64,000 nucleotides of DNA from Vicinamibacterales bacterium (GTDB taxonomy: Bacteria; Acidobacteriota; Vicinamibacteria; Vicinamibacterales; UBA8438). Each line of letters starts with the position of its first letter. The first letter of the stretch is position 1. Of this stretch, positions 45,709 to 55,294 are shown in pieces. Location: the NCBI GenBank assembly GCA_965215155.1, contig CBDCCY010000002.1:559698-623697 (forward strand). The letters are read 5' to 3'. A model generated the notes under the pieces. That model ran no database searches. It was not told the origin of the DNA and saw only the letters and a list, made by a program, of their open reading frames with translations. The position numbers were made by a program, and so were the translations under genes.

Positions 45709-47847
45709 TCAGCGGATCGCGTCCTCGGGGAGCCGCAGCGCCACCAGCGCCCCAGGCTGCCCGCGCCGGGCGCTCCCCGCCTGCATCAGGACGTACTGCA
45801 CCCCGCGGTGCAGGTAGGTCAGCATGCCGTACTGGCCGGGGATCGGGACCTCGACGCTGGCCAGCACCTCCCCCGTGCGCTTGTCGCGCGCCCGCAGCAA
45901 CGGACGCCCGCTCTCGCCGAGTTCCGCCTCGCCCCGGAGGTCCTCTGTCGTCTGCACCAGCAGCTCGCCCATGACCATCTGGATCGAGCGCCCACTGCCG
46001 CCGAGGTTGGGGAGGTCGACGCCGGCCAGCCGGGGATGGTCGCGGAATCGCTCGGGCGTCTCGCCGATCGGGACGTCCCACAGCTTCTCGCCGGTGTTCA
46101 TGTCGTAGGCCGCCAAGGCCTGGAACAGCGGCCGGTAGAACGGCAGGCCGTCGATCGTGGCCGGGAACTCGGCCGGGCCGCCGGGGGCCCAGGCGGCCAC
46201 CGTCGTGCCGGTGGTGGGCGTGTGCCGCTCGCGGCCCCGCCAGGCCTCGGCCGACAACCCCGGCAACCCGCGCTCCACGTCCACTCCGTTGGTGGGCACC
46301 AGGAACCGCGGCGCGCTGCACACCCGGTTGTGCGGCGCGTACAGGATGCCCGTGGTCGGGTCGGCGACCGGCGGATGGTAGATGTTGAGCCCGCCCATGC
46401 ACCCGATCACGTTGCGGTAGTCGTTGTCGTGCGGATACGGGAGCGGCGGCACGTAGAGCCCGCCGGCCCGGAACTCGCTCAGGATCTCGAGCGCTTCCTG
46501 CTTCAGCTCCGGCGTGAAGTCGAGGACGTAATCCTCGGTCAGGCCGTCGACCACGATCGGGTCGAGCGGCTCGGGGCGCGTGGGGTACGGCTGCGTGGAC
46601 GCAGTGTAGTTGCCCGGCACCTGCGTCTGCATGACGGGGCGCTCCTCGATCGGCCAGAGCGGCTCGCCCGTGGCCCGGTTGAAGGCGAACACCAGCCCCT
46701 GCTTCGTGTTCTGGACGAGCGCCGGCACCCGCTCGCCGTCGACGGTCAAGTCCAGCAGGATCGGCGCGGTCGGCAGGTCGTAGTTCCACTGGTCGCTGCG
46801 GTGGATCTGGAAGTGCCACCGCCGCTCGCCGGTCGCCACATCCAGAGCGAGGACGCTCCCTCCGAACAGGTTGTGGCCCGGCCGGTGGCCCGTGTAGGAC
46901 TGGACCGTCGAGGCGTTGGTGACCAGGTAGACGAGCCCCAGCTCGGGGTCGGCCGACGCCGGCGCCCACGTCGACATGTCGCCCGACCAGCGCCAGGCGT
47001 CGTTCTCCCAGGTCTCGTGGCCGAACTCTCCGGGCCGGGGAATGACGTGGAATTTCCAGAGCACCGCGCCGCTCCGGGCGTCGATGCCCAGGATGTCGCC
47101 CGGCACGTTCTCGATCCGCGTCTGGTCGTAGCTCGGCTCGTGACCCACGAGCACCACGACCACGCCGTTGACCACGATCGGCGGCGACGAGGCGGTGACC
47201 ATACCGAGCTGCCGGGGAATCCCGTGATCCGGGTCGTAGGGGCCGTCCCACGCCAGCCAGGGGGCCCAGTCGGCGACGAGGGGCGGGATGAGATCGACGA
47301 CGCCGGTGGGCGAGAAGCTGTCGATCCCGACCTCGGCACCCCACCCCTCGAGCGGACGCCCGGTCCGGGCGTCGAGCGCCCAGAGGAAGAACGCGGGCGA
47401 GGTTACGAAGACGACGCCTCTTCCGTCCACTTCCGCATAGGCGACCCCCTTGCCGAAGTCGGTGCGCGGCGAGCGGAGGTAGCGCATCGTCTCCGGCTCG
47501 CGGAAGGTCCAGCGCGTCTCGCCGGTGGCGGCGTCGATCGCCACCACCTGGCGCCGTTGGCCGGCGACGGTGTAGAGGACGCCGTCGGCAAAGACCGGGG
47601 TGGCCCGCACGGTGTACTCGACGCCGGGTCCGAAGTTGTCGCCGCGCCAGATCCAGGCCACCTCGAGGTCGGCGAAATTGCCGGCGTCGATCTGCGTGAG
47701 CCAGGGATTGGAGCGGGTGTGGCCGGCGTCGCCGCCCAGGTAGCGCCACTGGCCGTCCTCGACGCCCGGAAGCTGCGCGGCGCCCGGGGACGCCAGCCCC
47801 AGCATGAAGACTGCGGCCAGGAGGCCGGCCGTACGACATCGCGTCAT
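45709..47847 (-). CDS. PQQ-dependent dehydrogenase-like (quinoprotein) exported protein
   Basis: DGQWRYLGGDAGHTRSNPWLTQI..., ATGETRWTF, GIDARSGAVLWKFHVIP propeller motifs; signal peptide. Confidence 0.88.
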   Translation of the reverse strand: MTRCRTAGLLAAVFMLGLASPGAAQLPGVEDGQWRYLGGDAGHTRSNPWLTQIDAGNFADLEVAWIWRGDNFGPGVEYTVRATPVFADGVLYTVAGQRRQVVAIDAATGETRWTFREPETMRYLRSPRTDFGKGVAYAEVDGRGVVFVTSPAFFLWALDARTGRPLEGWGAEVGIDSFSPTGVVDLIPPLVADWAPWLAWDGPYDPDHGIPRQLGMVTASSPPIVVNGVVVVLVGHEPSYDQTRIENVPGDILGIDARSGAVLWKFHVIPRPGEFGHETWENDAWRWSGDMSTWAPASADPELGLVYLVTNASTVQSYTGHRPGHNLFGGSVLALDVATGERRWHFQIHRSDQWNYDLPTAPILLDLTVDGERVPALVQNTKQGLVFAFNRATGEPLWPIEERPVMQTQVPGNYTASTQPYPTRPEPLDPIVVDGLTEDYVLDFTPELKQEALEILSEFRAGGLYVPPLPYPHDNDYRNVIGCMGGLNIYHPPVADPTTGILYAPHNRVCSAPRFLVPTNGVDVERGLPGLSAEAWRGRERHTPTTGTTVAAWAPGGPAEFPATIDGLPFYRPLFQALAAYDMNTGEKLWDVPIGETPERFRDHPRLAGVDLPNLGGSGRSIQMVMGELLVQTTEDLRGEAELGESGRPLLRARDKRTGEVLASVEVPIPGQYGMLTYLHRGVQYVLMQAGSARRGQPGALVALRLPEDAIR

Positions 47848-47944
47848 CGTGATCCTCCGCGTCCCTCCCGGATCCCGGGTGGACTGACCGGGATGGCCCC
47901 GACGTGGACGCCGACGCGCGCCCGACGCTTCGCCGGCCCCGCCT

Positions 47945-48112
47945 CGCCCGCCAATCGTCGCCTGGCGGCTCCGCCTGGCGCCCAGCCAGGCCTGCAGGAG
48001 TCCGCGCCGCCTTGCGCCGCAGACTCCTCGCCCGCCAATCGTCGCCTGGCGGCTCCGCCTGGCGCCCAGCCAGGCCTGCAGGAGTCCGCGCCGCCTTGCG
48101 CCGCAGACTCCT
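47945..48112 (-). repeat. 84-bp tandem duplication (two copies)
   Basis: CGCCCGCCAATCGTCGCCTGGCGGCTCCGCCTGGCGCCCAGCCAGGCCTGCAGGAGTCCGCGCCGCCTTGCGCCGCAGACTCCT occurs at 47945-48028 and 48029-48112. Confidence 0.95.
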
Positions 48113-49559
48113 ACTGCGAGTCGTCCTCCGCGGCGGCCGCCGCGCGATCCGCAGCCAGATCCTCGTACTCGGCGTCTTCGAGATAGGTGATGCCGATCCA
48201 GGCGTGGGACATCTCGTCGACGCCGCGCGCGCCGAACACCACCCACTGGTCGGGGTCGGGGTTGATCCGGTTGGCCGCCGTGTTATCCCACTTCGCGCGC
48301 AGCATCAGGACCGTACCCTTCGGGAGCAGCGGCTGCGCGTCGTCGTCGTAGACGTAGGCGATCTGCCAGTTGTGGTCGTAGCGGTTGACGCTGCTGAGCA
48401 GCTCGCGCCGGCCGTCCGGATAGAGCGCCGCCATCGACATCTCGGTACCCCGCATGTGCATGTGGGGCCGGAAGCTCTGGATCAGCGCCGGCCGGTCCAG
48501 GACGTACTGGTCCTCGAGCACGAGGTGCCCGTGCGGCGGGATGAGGATGTCGCTGGCCCGCAAGCGCTCACGGTGCGTGCCGTCGACGTAGAACTGCCGC
48601 TCGCCGACGGTCACCCGGGCCGGCGCCTCGCCCTCGGGATAGAGCCACACGCCGACCTCTGCGACCTCCGTCACCTCCTCGCCCACGGGGAAGTAGTGGA
48701 GGCTGAAGCGGACCGTGCCCGGCCCCGGCGGCAGCAGCTTGCCGACCCCCTCCGGCAGGATGTCCCACCGCTTGCCGATCCCCATCCCCACCAGCCGCAC
48801 CGACGGCGGCCGCTCCTCCCCCTCGGCCGGCTCCGCACTCCGCAGCACGGCGTGGCCGTGGTGCGTGACTCTCATGCCGAGCGGGTAGGACGGCTTGAAC
48901 TCGGCCGCGCGGATGTAGCGGGGCACGTCGAAGCCCTCGAACTCCAGCTCCGGCGACCACCACTGGTCCTGGCCGTTGGCCACCACGTGGTAGGGCGTCG
49001 AGCGCACGACGAAGTCGGGCGGGCGGCCCAGGGTGGCCTCCACCTCCCAGGCGTCGGCAGGCAGGAACGCCAGCGGCTCGGGCAGATCGGCGGGTTCGCC
49101 CCGGGGTGCGCCCGCGTCCACCCACCGGACCACGGTGTCGATCTCGTCCGCCGTCAGCGAGATGTCGTTCTTGTAGTCCTGTATGCCCACGGTCGGATCG
49201 AGGTGCCAGGGGGGCATCAGGCGCCGCGCCACCCGATCCCGGATGCTGCGCGCCCAGGGGCGCACGTCGCGATACGTGAGCAGCGACATCGGCGCAATGC
49301 CGGCGGGCTGGTGGCAGTGCTGACACGAGCGCTGCAGGATCGGCGCGACGTCCCGGCTGAACGTCGGCGCGGCGTCGGCCGCCCCGAAGACGGCCGTGGT
49401 GCCGCCCTGTGCCAGGACCCCGCCAGCAGCCGCCACGAGCAGCAACGCCGCAAGCCCCGATACGGCCGCCGGCCGTCCGTGCCGCCATCCCGTAACCGGG
49501 CTCTCGCCACCGGCTGCCCGATCGCTCCGTGCAACCACCCACCTGCGCGCCGTGCCCAT
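48111..49559 (-). CDS. Exported heme-c / copper type II ascorbate-dependent monooxygenase-like protein
   Basis: SCQHCH heme-binding motif near N-terminus after FSRDVAPILQ; later PHMHMRGTEMSMAALYPDG typical of Cu2-monooxygenase-type domains. Confidence 0.7.
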   Translation of the reverse strand: MGTARRWVVARSDRAAGGESPVTGWRHGRPAAVSGLAALLLVAAAGGVLAQGGTTAVFGAADAAPTFSRDVAPILQRSCQHCHQPAGIAPMSLLTYRDVRPWARSIRDRVARRLMPPWHLDPTVGIQDYKNDISLTADEIDTVVRWVDAGAPRGEPADLPEPLAFLPADAWEVEATLGRPPDFVVRSTPYHVVANGQDQWWSPELEFEGFDVPRYIRAAEFKPSYPLGMRVTHHGHAVLRSAEPAEGEERPPSVRLVGMGIGKRWDILPEGVGKLLPPGPGTVRFSLHYFPVGEEVTEVAEVGVWLYPEGEAPARVTVGERQFYVDGTHRERLRASDILIPPHGHLVLEDQYVLDRPALIQSFRPHMHMRGTEMSMAALYPDGRRELLSSVNRYDHNWQIAYVYDDDAQPLLPKGTVLMLRAKWDNTAANRINPDPDQWVVFGARGVDEMSHAWIGITYLEDAEYEDLAADRAAAAAEDDSQ

Positions 49560-49603
49560 GGTCTGCCTCTCTCTCGCCGGGTCTCCCAGTCGGCCGTCAG
49601 CGG

Positions 49604-50491
49604 TCACGGAGCGACCGCGATCGGCACGAACCCGTTGGTCCAGCAGCACTGGAACTCGAACTCCCGAACCACGTTGAACGCCAGCACCCGCAGCAGATAC
49701 GCGCCCGGCTCGGAGAAGGTCACCGCCGTGGTCACCTCCGCCCCGCCCTCCTGCGCCCAGGCGTCCGCCTCGACACGGGCGGTCCGCGCGGCGAAGGTAG
49801 CGTCGCCGGGACCCTGGTGCTTGAACCACTTGACGTTGATCGGACGCCTGTCCGCCGCGGCAACGGCGTCGCGGCCCACCCAGGCTCGAAGAACGAGCGG
49901 CACCCCCACCTGCGCCTGCCGCGCCTCGCCGGTGATCCCGTGCGGGCCGCGCCCGGCTCGCCCGCCGGACGCCCAGGCGACGAGCGGCGACATGCTCGAG
50001 CGACCGGGGAACTCCCACCCGGCCAGCTCGTAGGCAGGGCTGGTCAGCCGCCCCGGCACGGAGAGCGTCTGTCCGCGCGTGCGAAGCGTCCAGACCACGT
50101 CGCGGTCGCCGAAGTCGGCCGGCACCGTCACGGTGAAGGCGCCCCAGTGGCGCCGATCCTGGTCGGGGACGGGCTCGAAGCGGGTCGGCTGCCGCCCGTC
50201 GAGCTCGGCCGGCGCGATGAAGTTGTCAGGTCCCAGCGGGACTTCCAGCGTCTCCTCGGTGTTCACGTTGAAATAGCCGAACGACAGCTCGAAGGTGCCG
50301 TCGGGGTTCCGGTACCACCCCTCGAAGATCGGCACGACGGGACCGCCCGACGGCCGCAACAACTGGACCTCGAACTGCGTCTCGCCCGGGTTTGCCACCC
50401 GCCGCTCCGACGCCCGCTGCGCGGCGAGCCCCGCCGTACCCAGCGCCATCGTCGCCGCGAGGGCGACCGCCCGCGGTCCAATCCGTTGCAT
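49604..50491 (-). CDS. Conserved exported hypothetical protein
   Basis: Signal peptide (MQRIGPRAVALAATMALGTAGLAA) and long coherent ORF. Confidence 0.6.
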   Translation of the reverse strand: MQRIGPRAVALAATMALGTAGLAAQRASERRVANPGETQFEVQLLRPSGGPVVPIFEGWYRNPDGTFELSFGYFNVNTEETLEVPLGPDNFIAPAELDGRQPTRFEPVPDQDRRHWGAFTVTVPADFGDRDVVWTLRTRGQTLSVPGRLTSPAYELAGWEFPGRSSMSPLVAWASGGRAGRGPHGITGEARQAQVGVPLVLRAWVGRDAVAAADRRPINVKWFKHQGPGDATFAARTARVEADAWAQEGGAEVTTAVTFSEPGAYLLRVLAFNVVREFEFQCCWTNGFVPIAVAP

Positions 50492-50903
50492 CGTGTCCCG
50501 CCACGCCCCGGCCGGACCGGAAGCCACCTCGTCGAACGGAGGGCCCCATCATAGCGCATGGTCCGTCCCCTCTTCGGGCGTCGTCCTGCCGTCCTCCACG
50601 CGGCGGGCGGTACTACACGGGGCGACAGCGGCTCGAAGTCGAGTGCGGACGCGGTTCCAGGTCGCGCGGGGGCCGCTCCCGCGCCCACCGCCTCGTCGTG
50701 TGAAGTGCCGCACCCGCGAGCCGCTTGACACCCGCGTTCACGGGGATGAAGATGCCGGGGAGGCCGCAGGGTTCCGTGTCTCGCACAGCACGGGCGCGTT
50801 CCGCGGTCCGGCGGCCGCGCGTGCCGACGCCGGTCAGGTCCGCCGCCCGCTCGAGCGTACCGGGACACGCGGCGCCGCGGAGGACGTCCGACTCGGAGGG
50901 TCG

Positions 50904-51308
50904 ATGGCGTTTGGCGAGGACGTGAAACGCGCCGCCTATCGGCGGGCCAACGGACAGTGTGAGTGCATGCGCCAGTCCTGCATGGCGCACTACGCGGGCC
51001 GATGTACGAGATCGTTGGCGGATGGATGGCGCGCTCACCGCGTCGATCCGGACGGCCCGGAATCGATGGACAACTGCGAAGCGCTCTGCATTCCCTGCTA
51101 CGAGGCGGAGAGCGCCAGACTTCCGCCGGCCCGATTCCGACCCAGGCGGCACTCCATGCCCGACGCGACCCCGCGACCCCACGCCCCGGAGGCTACTTCG
51201 ATCCGCGGTGGTGCCGGCGTGGTCGGAGGCCCGGCACGCGTCGACCGGAACGTAGGCGACGCGCCCCGCACTGCGCCCCCGCCCGCGCGCGGCGACCCGG
51301 ACGACTGA
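50904..51308 (+). CDS. HNH-like zinc-finger nuclease-fold protein
   Basis: RAAYRRANGQCECMRQSCMAHYAGRC...HRVDPDGPESMDNCEALCIPCYEAE; HNH-like Cys/His arrangement. Confidence 0.5.
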   Translation: MAFGEDVKRAAYRRANGQCECMRQSCMAHYAGRCTRSLADGWRAHRVDPDGPESMDNCEALCIPCYEAESARLPPARFRPRRHSMPDATPRPHAPEATSIRGGAGVVGGPARVDRNVGDAPRTAPPPARGDPDD

Positions 51309-51462
51309 CTCCACAGCGCACGCTACGCGCCTGCTGCACGATGCCGGTCCCACTGCTCGGTTCGGGGAGGCGGGATTGCGCGGGCGGAGAAGCGGCGACG
51401 GAAGGAAGCTGCTACGGCTCCGAGGCGCTGCGAAGGTCGACGACCCGCCCGGTGCGGTGGAG

Positions 51463-52179
51463 CTACAGTACCAGGCGACCGCCGAGCTGCATGTCCCGCA
51501 GCCGGAACTTCTTCTTGATCTCGGTGAGGGGGCCGAGCCTGGTGATGAACTCGACGTCACGGTCGTCGAGCGTGATGCCATCGGTGCGCGGGAACCGGAA
51601 GAGAGCGCGGATCGACTGATCGTCGTCTCGCTGCAGGACGATCTCGTCCGCTGCGATGGGCGGCCCGTTCCGTCGTTTCAGCATCGTCTCGGCCTTGACC
51701 CCATCGATCATGCGGCCGAGCAGAGCGAACGGGGACGGCAACCCGACTACCGCCACGGTGTAGAAGGGATCATCCTCGGCGAGGAAGTCCCTGCCGTCCG
51801 GCGGGACCGGCGCGCCGCGGCCGATTACGGCCCGGACGACCGCCTGGCGCACCGGGAGGGCGTTGATCCACAGGACGGTAACGGCCGTGCGCCGGATGCC
51901 GGCGAACTGCTGCGCATCGGCCTCGCCGGGCCGCGGAGGTGCGCCCGCCCCCCCGAAGCCGAAGGGGTCGGGGGCGAGGTAGTAGCCGCTTGCCGACTCT
52001 TCCCGCAACCCGCCCATCACGATGTTGACCCGCTTCGCCCACGGCGAATCGGTCAGCATCTTGCGGACTTCCTTGTCCGACCAGGTGGTGAAGTCCCTCG
52101 CGTCCCAGAAGTCGGCGGCGACGAGGGCCACCCCGGCCAGGAGCCAGACACCGAGGGTGATGCTCACCGGGCGTCGCAT
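51463..52179 (-). CDS. Exported hypothetical protein, paralog A (WSDKEVRKMLTDSPWAK family)
   Basis: FWDARDFTTWSDKEVRKMLTDSPWAKRVNIVMGG, C-terminus FRLRDMQLGGRLVL; paralogous to the next gene. Confidence 0.75.
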   Translation of the reverse strand: MRRPVSITLGVWLLAGVALVAADFWDARDFTTWSDKEVRKMLTDSPWAKRVNIVMGGLREESASGYYLAPDPFGFGGAGAPPRPGEADAQQFAGIRRTAVTVLWINALPVRQAVVRAVIGRGAPVPPDGRDFLAEDDPFYTVAVVGLPSPFALLGRMIDGVKAETMLKRRNGPPIAADEIVLQRDDDQSIRALFRFPRTDGITLDDRDVEFITRLGPLTEIKKKFRLRDMQLGGRLVL

Positions 52180-52291
52180 GGCCACTCGTCGCTCCGGGCT
52201 CGCTCCGACCGTCAGCGGCGACCGCCGCACGGACCGTACCCCGGCCGCGAGACGCCCGCCTCCACCGCGGCGCGGACCGGTGTCAGGCAAG

Positions 52292-53002
52292 TTACAGCAG
52301 GAGACGACCGTCGACCTGCATGTCCCGCAGGCGGAACTTCCGCTTGATCTCGGTTATGGAACCGAACTTGGTGCTGAACTCGACCTCGCGGTCGTCGAGG
52401 GTGAGCGGCTCGTCGCGCGGGAACATGAACATCACCCGGATCGACTGGTCCTCTTCCCGCAGGAACCCGATGTCGATGGGCGGGATCGGAGCCCTGTCCT
52501 CGGGCTTCAGCGTCGTCTCGGCCAGTACTTCGTTGACCATCTGCCCGAGCACCTGGAAGGCCGGCGGCAGACCGAGCACCGCTACGGTGTAGAACGGGTC
52601 CTCCTCCGACAGGAACTGCCGGCCCTCCGGAGGGACCGGAGCGTCGCGCCCGATGAGGCCCCGGACCAGTGCCCGTCGGACCGGCAGGGAGTTGATCCAG
52701 ACGACGGAGACTCTCGTGCGCCGGATGCCGCCGAACCCGTCGCCTCCGCGGCCGCCGCCCCGCACCGCACCCCCGCCGCCCCCGACGCCGAAGCCGCCGC
52801 CGGTGAACTGGCTGTCCTGCTCCTCCTGGAGCCCGCCCATCACGATGTTGACCTGCTTGGCCCACGGCGAGTCGGTCAGCATCCTCTGGACCTCGCGGTC
52901 CGACCAGTTCGTGAACTCCTTGTCCTCCCAGAAGTCGGCGGCCACGAGAGCCGCGCACGCCACGAGCCAGACGCCGAGCGTCCCGATCAGCTTGCCTCGC
53001 AT
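52292..53002 (-). CDS. Exported hypothetical protein, paralog B
   Basis: FWEDKEFTNWSDREVQRMLTDSPWAKQVNIVMGG, C-terminus FRLRDMQVDGRLLL. Confidence 0.75.
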   Translation of the reverse strand: MRGKLIGTLGVWLVACAALVAADFWEDKEFTNWSDREVQRMLTDSPWAKQVNIVMGGLQEEQDSQFTGGGFGVGGGGGAVRGGGRGGDGFGGIRRTRVSVVWINSLPVRRALVRGLIGRDAPVPPEGRQFLSEEDPFYTVAVLGLPPAFQVLGQMVNEVLAETTLKPEDRAPIPPIDIGFLREEDQSIRVMFMFPRDEPLTLDDREVEFSTKFGSITEIKRKFRLRDMQVDGRLLL

Positions 53003-53198
53003 CCCCGTCCTCCTTGCTCTCTCCTGGTCACCCGGCGCAGGGCATGACCGCGAGGCGCCCACGGAAGGCCGCCGGCGCGGCCGCGCTCCCGGCAATGGGA
53101 GCCACTGCTCGTAGCGTATCGGAAACACCGATCGTCGGTCCAGAGGCCCCCGCCGGCGGAGCCTGGCAACTGCACGGACGCCGGTCTCGACGCCGCGC

Positions 53199-54113
53199 TC
53201 ACGGGTCGAGCCGCCGGTCGGGAAACAGCCGCGTCAGACCGATGCCCGCCCGCTCGACGCGGACCGTCACGGTATCCCCCGGCGGATCGGGGCGTTCGTA
53301 GACCACCCGGTACCGGCTCGACAGGTCCTCGTGGCGGATCCCCATGTCGGTCGCCAGGGCCGCCATGGCCTCCGCCATCGCGGTAGCGATGACGACGGAG
53401 GTGTACCGTCCGCCCGTGTCGCCCGCCAGGTCGGGGGCCAGCCCGCTTACCGACCCGTCGGTGTCGCGCCCCCGGACGTACCAGTGGACCACGTGCACGA
53501 TCACCCCGGCGGCCCGCAGGCGGTTGATGAACCGCACGTACCGCCGGTCGTTCATGAATCCGCTCGCCTCGCCGGTGCTGGTGACCAGGGCGACGAAGAC
53601 CGGCCACGCCTCGTCGCCGCCGTAGCGCCGCTCCAGAGTCTCGCGGATCCCGTCCGCGAGGCGCACACCGCCCGTTTCGTCCGGGAAGAGGGACGCGCCC
53701 GCGGACAACAGGGCCGCGCGATCCGTAGTGAACTCGACGTGCTGGCGGACGTGTCCGCCGATGGTGAACAGGCCGACTTGGTGTGGGGGCGGCAGCGACT
53801 CCAGGAACGCCGCGACCGCGTCGCGGAGCGCGTTGACGGCATGGCCGGCCCGAATCGACTCGCCATTGTCGACCAGGAGCGCGACCCGCATCGGCTCCGT
53901 GCCCGCCGTGGCCGACACGACCCGCGCGCGGCGCCCGCCCTCGAAGACGCGAAACTCCTCGGGCGCGAGGTCGGCCAGCGGCCGGCCGAGCACGTCCAGC
54001 ACGCGAACGTAGACGACGTTCCGGTCCTGCGCGAACGCAACCGGGGCGGCCGCGAGACCCGCGGCGAGGACGAGAACGCCGGCCGCCATCCGAGCCCCTG
54101 CCTGGCGCGGCAT
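53199..54113 (-). CDS. VWFA-related (acidobacterial type) exported protein 1
   Basis: VLDVLGRPLADLAPEEFRVFEGGR, MRVALLVDNGESI, YRVVYERPDPPGDTVTVRVERAG. Confidence 0.85.
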   Translation of the reverse strand: MPRQAGARMAAGVLVLAAGLAAAPVAFAQDRNVVYVRVLDVLGRPLADLAPEEFRVFEGGRRARVVSATAGTEPMRVALLVDNGESIRAGHAVNALRDAVAAFLESLPPPHQVGLFTIGGHVRQHVEFTTDRAALLSAGASLFPDETGGVRLADGIRETLERRYGGDEAWPVFVALVTSTGEASGFMNDRRYVRFINRLRAAGVIVHVVHWYVRGRDTDGSVSGLAPDLAGDTGGRYTSVVIATAMAEAMAALATDMGIRHEDLSSRYRVVYERPDPPGDTVTVRVERAGIGLTRLFPDRRLDP

Positions 54114-54297
54114 CGTCGATCCTCTCACCCGCCGCAGTCGTCGCACCGACTCGCCGCCGCGGCAAGCCGAGGCACCGGATCCTGCGGGCGGGACCGCAGT
54201 GCGATCGGATGGGCGCGCGCCCACAATCGTCGCCTGACGGCTTCGCTCGGTGCCCGGTCAATCCTGCGGCGTCCGCGCCGGTCCACGGCGCAGACGC

Positions 54298-55212
54298 CTA
54301 CCGGTCCAGGTCTCGATCCGGATACAGGCGCACGCCGACCGCCGGGCGCGTCACGCGGACCCGGACGCGCCGCCCCGGCGGATCGGGGCGCTCGTAGACC
54401 AGGACGTAGCGACTCGACATCTCTTCGTAATGGGCGCCCAGTTCAGCTCCGAGCTCCGCCATCGCGTTGACCATGCCGGTGGCTACCGCGAGCGAGCGGT
54501 AGCGGCCGCCGGTGTTCCCGGTCAGGTTGACGGCGAAGCTCGTCGCCGAGTCGGGCCGGTCGCGCCCCGCCGCCGACCACTGCACGACGTGAATCATCAC
54601 GCCAGCCGCGCGCAGATCGTTCACGAATCGCAGGAAGCGCCGATCGTTCATGAAGGCGCTCGCCTCGGGGGCATCGCTCAGGAGCGCCACGAAGACCGGC
54701 CAAGCCTCGTCCCCGTCGTAGCGCCGGTCGAGCGTCTCCCGGATCGCGTCGACGAACCGGACGCCGCCCGCCTGGTCGGTGAAGATGCTGCGCCCGGTTT
54801 CGATCAGCTCCTCCCGGTCGGTGGTGAAGTCGACGAGCCGACGCACCTGGCCGCCGATCGTGAACAAGCCGACGGCATGCTGCGGCGGCAGGGCCTCGAG
54901 GAAAGCGGCCACTGCGTCGCGTAGCGGATTGACGGCCTGACCGGCCCGCATCGCGTCGCCGTTGTCGACCAGCAGGGAGATCTTCATCGGCTCGGAGCCG
55001 TTGCGGACGGCAACGACGCGCCCTTCGCGCCCGCTCTCCTCGACCTCGAACTCGTCCTGCGTCACGTCTGCCACCGGCCGGCCGGCCAGGTCCATCACGT
55101 GCACGTAGCCGACCCGGACCTCTTGCGCGGACGCAAGCGGGACGGCGAGCCCGACGACGACGCTCACGACCAGGACCGTGCGCCGTGCGCGCCGGCTCAT
55201 CCTTCCGACCAT
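54298..55212 (-). CDS. VWFA-related exported protein 2
   Basis: VMDLAGRPVADVTQDEFEVEESG, MKISLLVDNGDAM, YVLVYERPDPPGRRVRVRVTRP. Confidence 0.85.
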   Translation of the reverse strand: MVGRMSRRARRTVLVVSVVVGLAVPLASAQEVRVGYVHVMDLAGRPVADVTQDEFEVEESGREGRVVAVRNGSEPMKISLLVDNGDAMRAGQAVNPLRDAVAAFLEALPPQHAVGLFTIGGQVRRLVDFTTDREELIETGRSIFTDQAGGVRFVDAIRETLDRRYDGDEAWPVFVALLSDAPEASAFMNDRRFLRFVNDLRAAGVMIHVVQWSAAGRDRPDSATSFAVNLTGNTGGRYRSLAVATGMVNAMAELGAELGAHYEEMSSRYVLVYERPDPPGRRVRVRVTRPAVGVRLYPDRDLDR

Positions 55213-55294
55213 GGTTCGACTCCTTCGTCGATCGCGTCCTGCGTCGATCGTGTCCCGCATCAGGAGCAAGCGCAGCGCGGCACCCGCCTGCCGA

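Noticed and set aside
44714-47839. 1041-aa minus-strand ORF and the parallel plus-strand ORF 45634..48186
   Set aside because: Out-of-frame or antisense shadows of the lipoate-ligase-like and PQQ-type dehydrogenase genes; Arg/Gly/Pro-rich without domain signatures.
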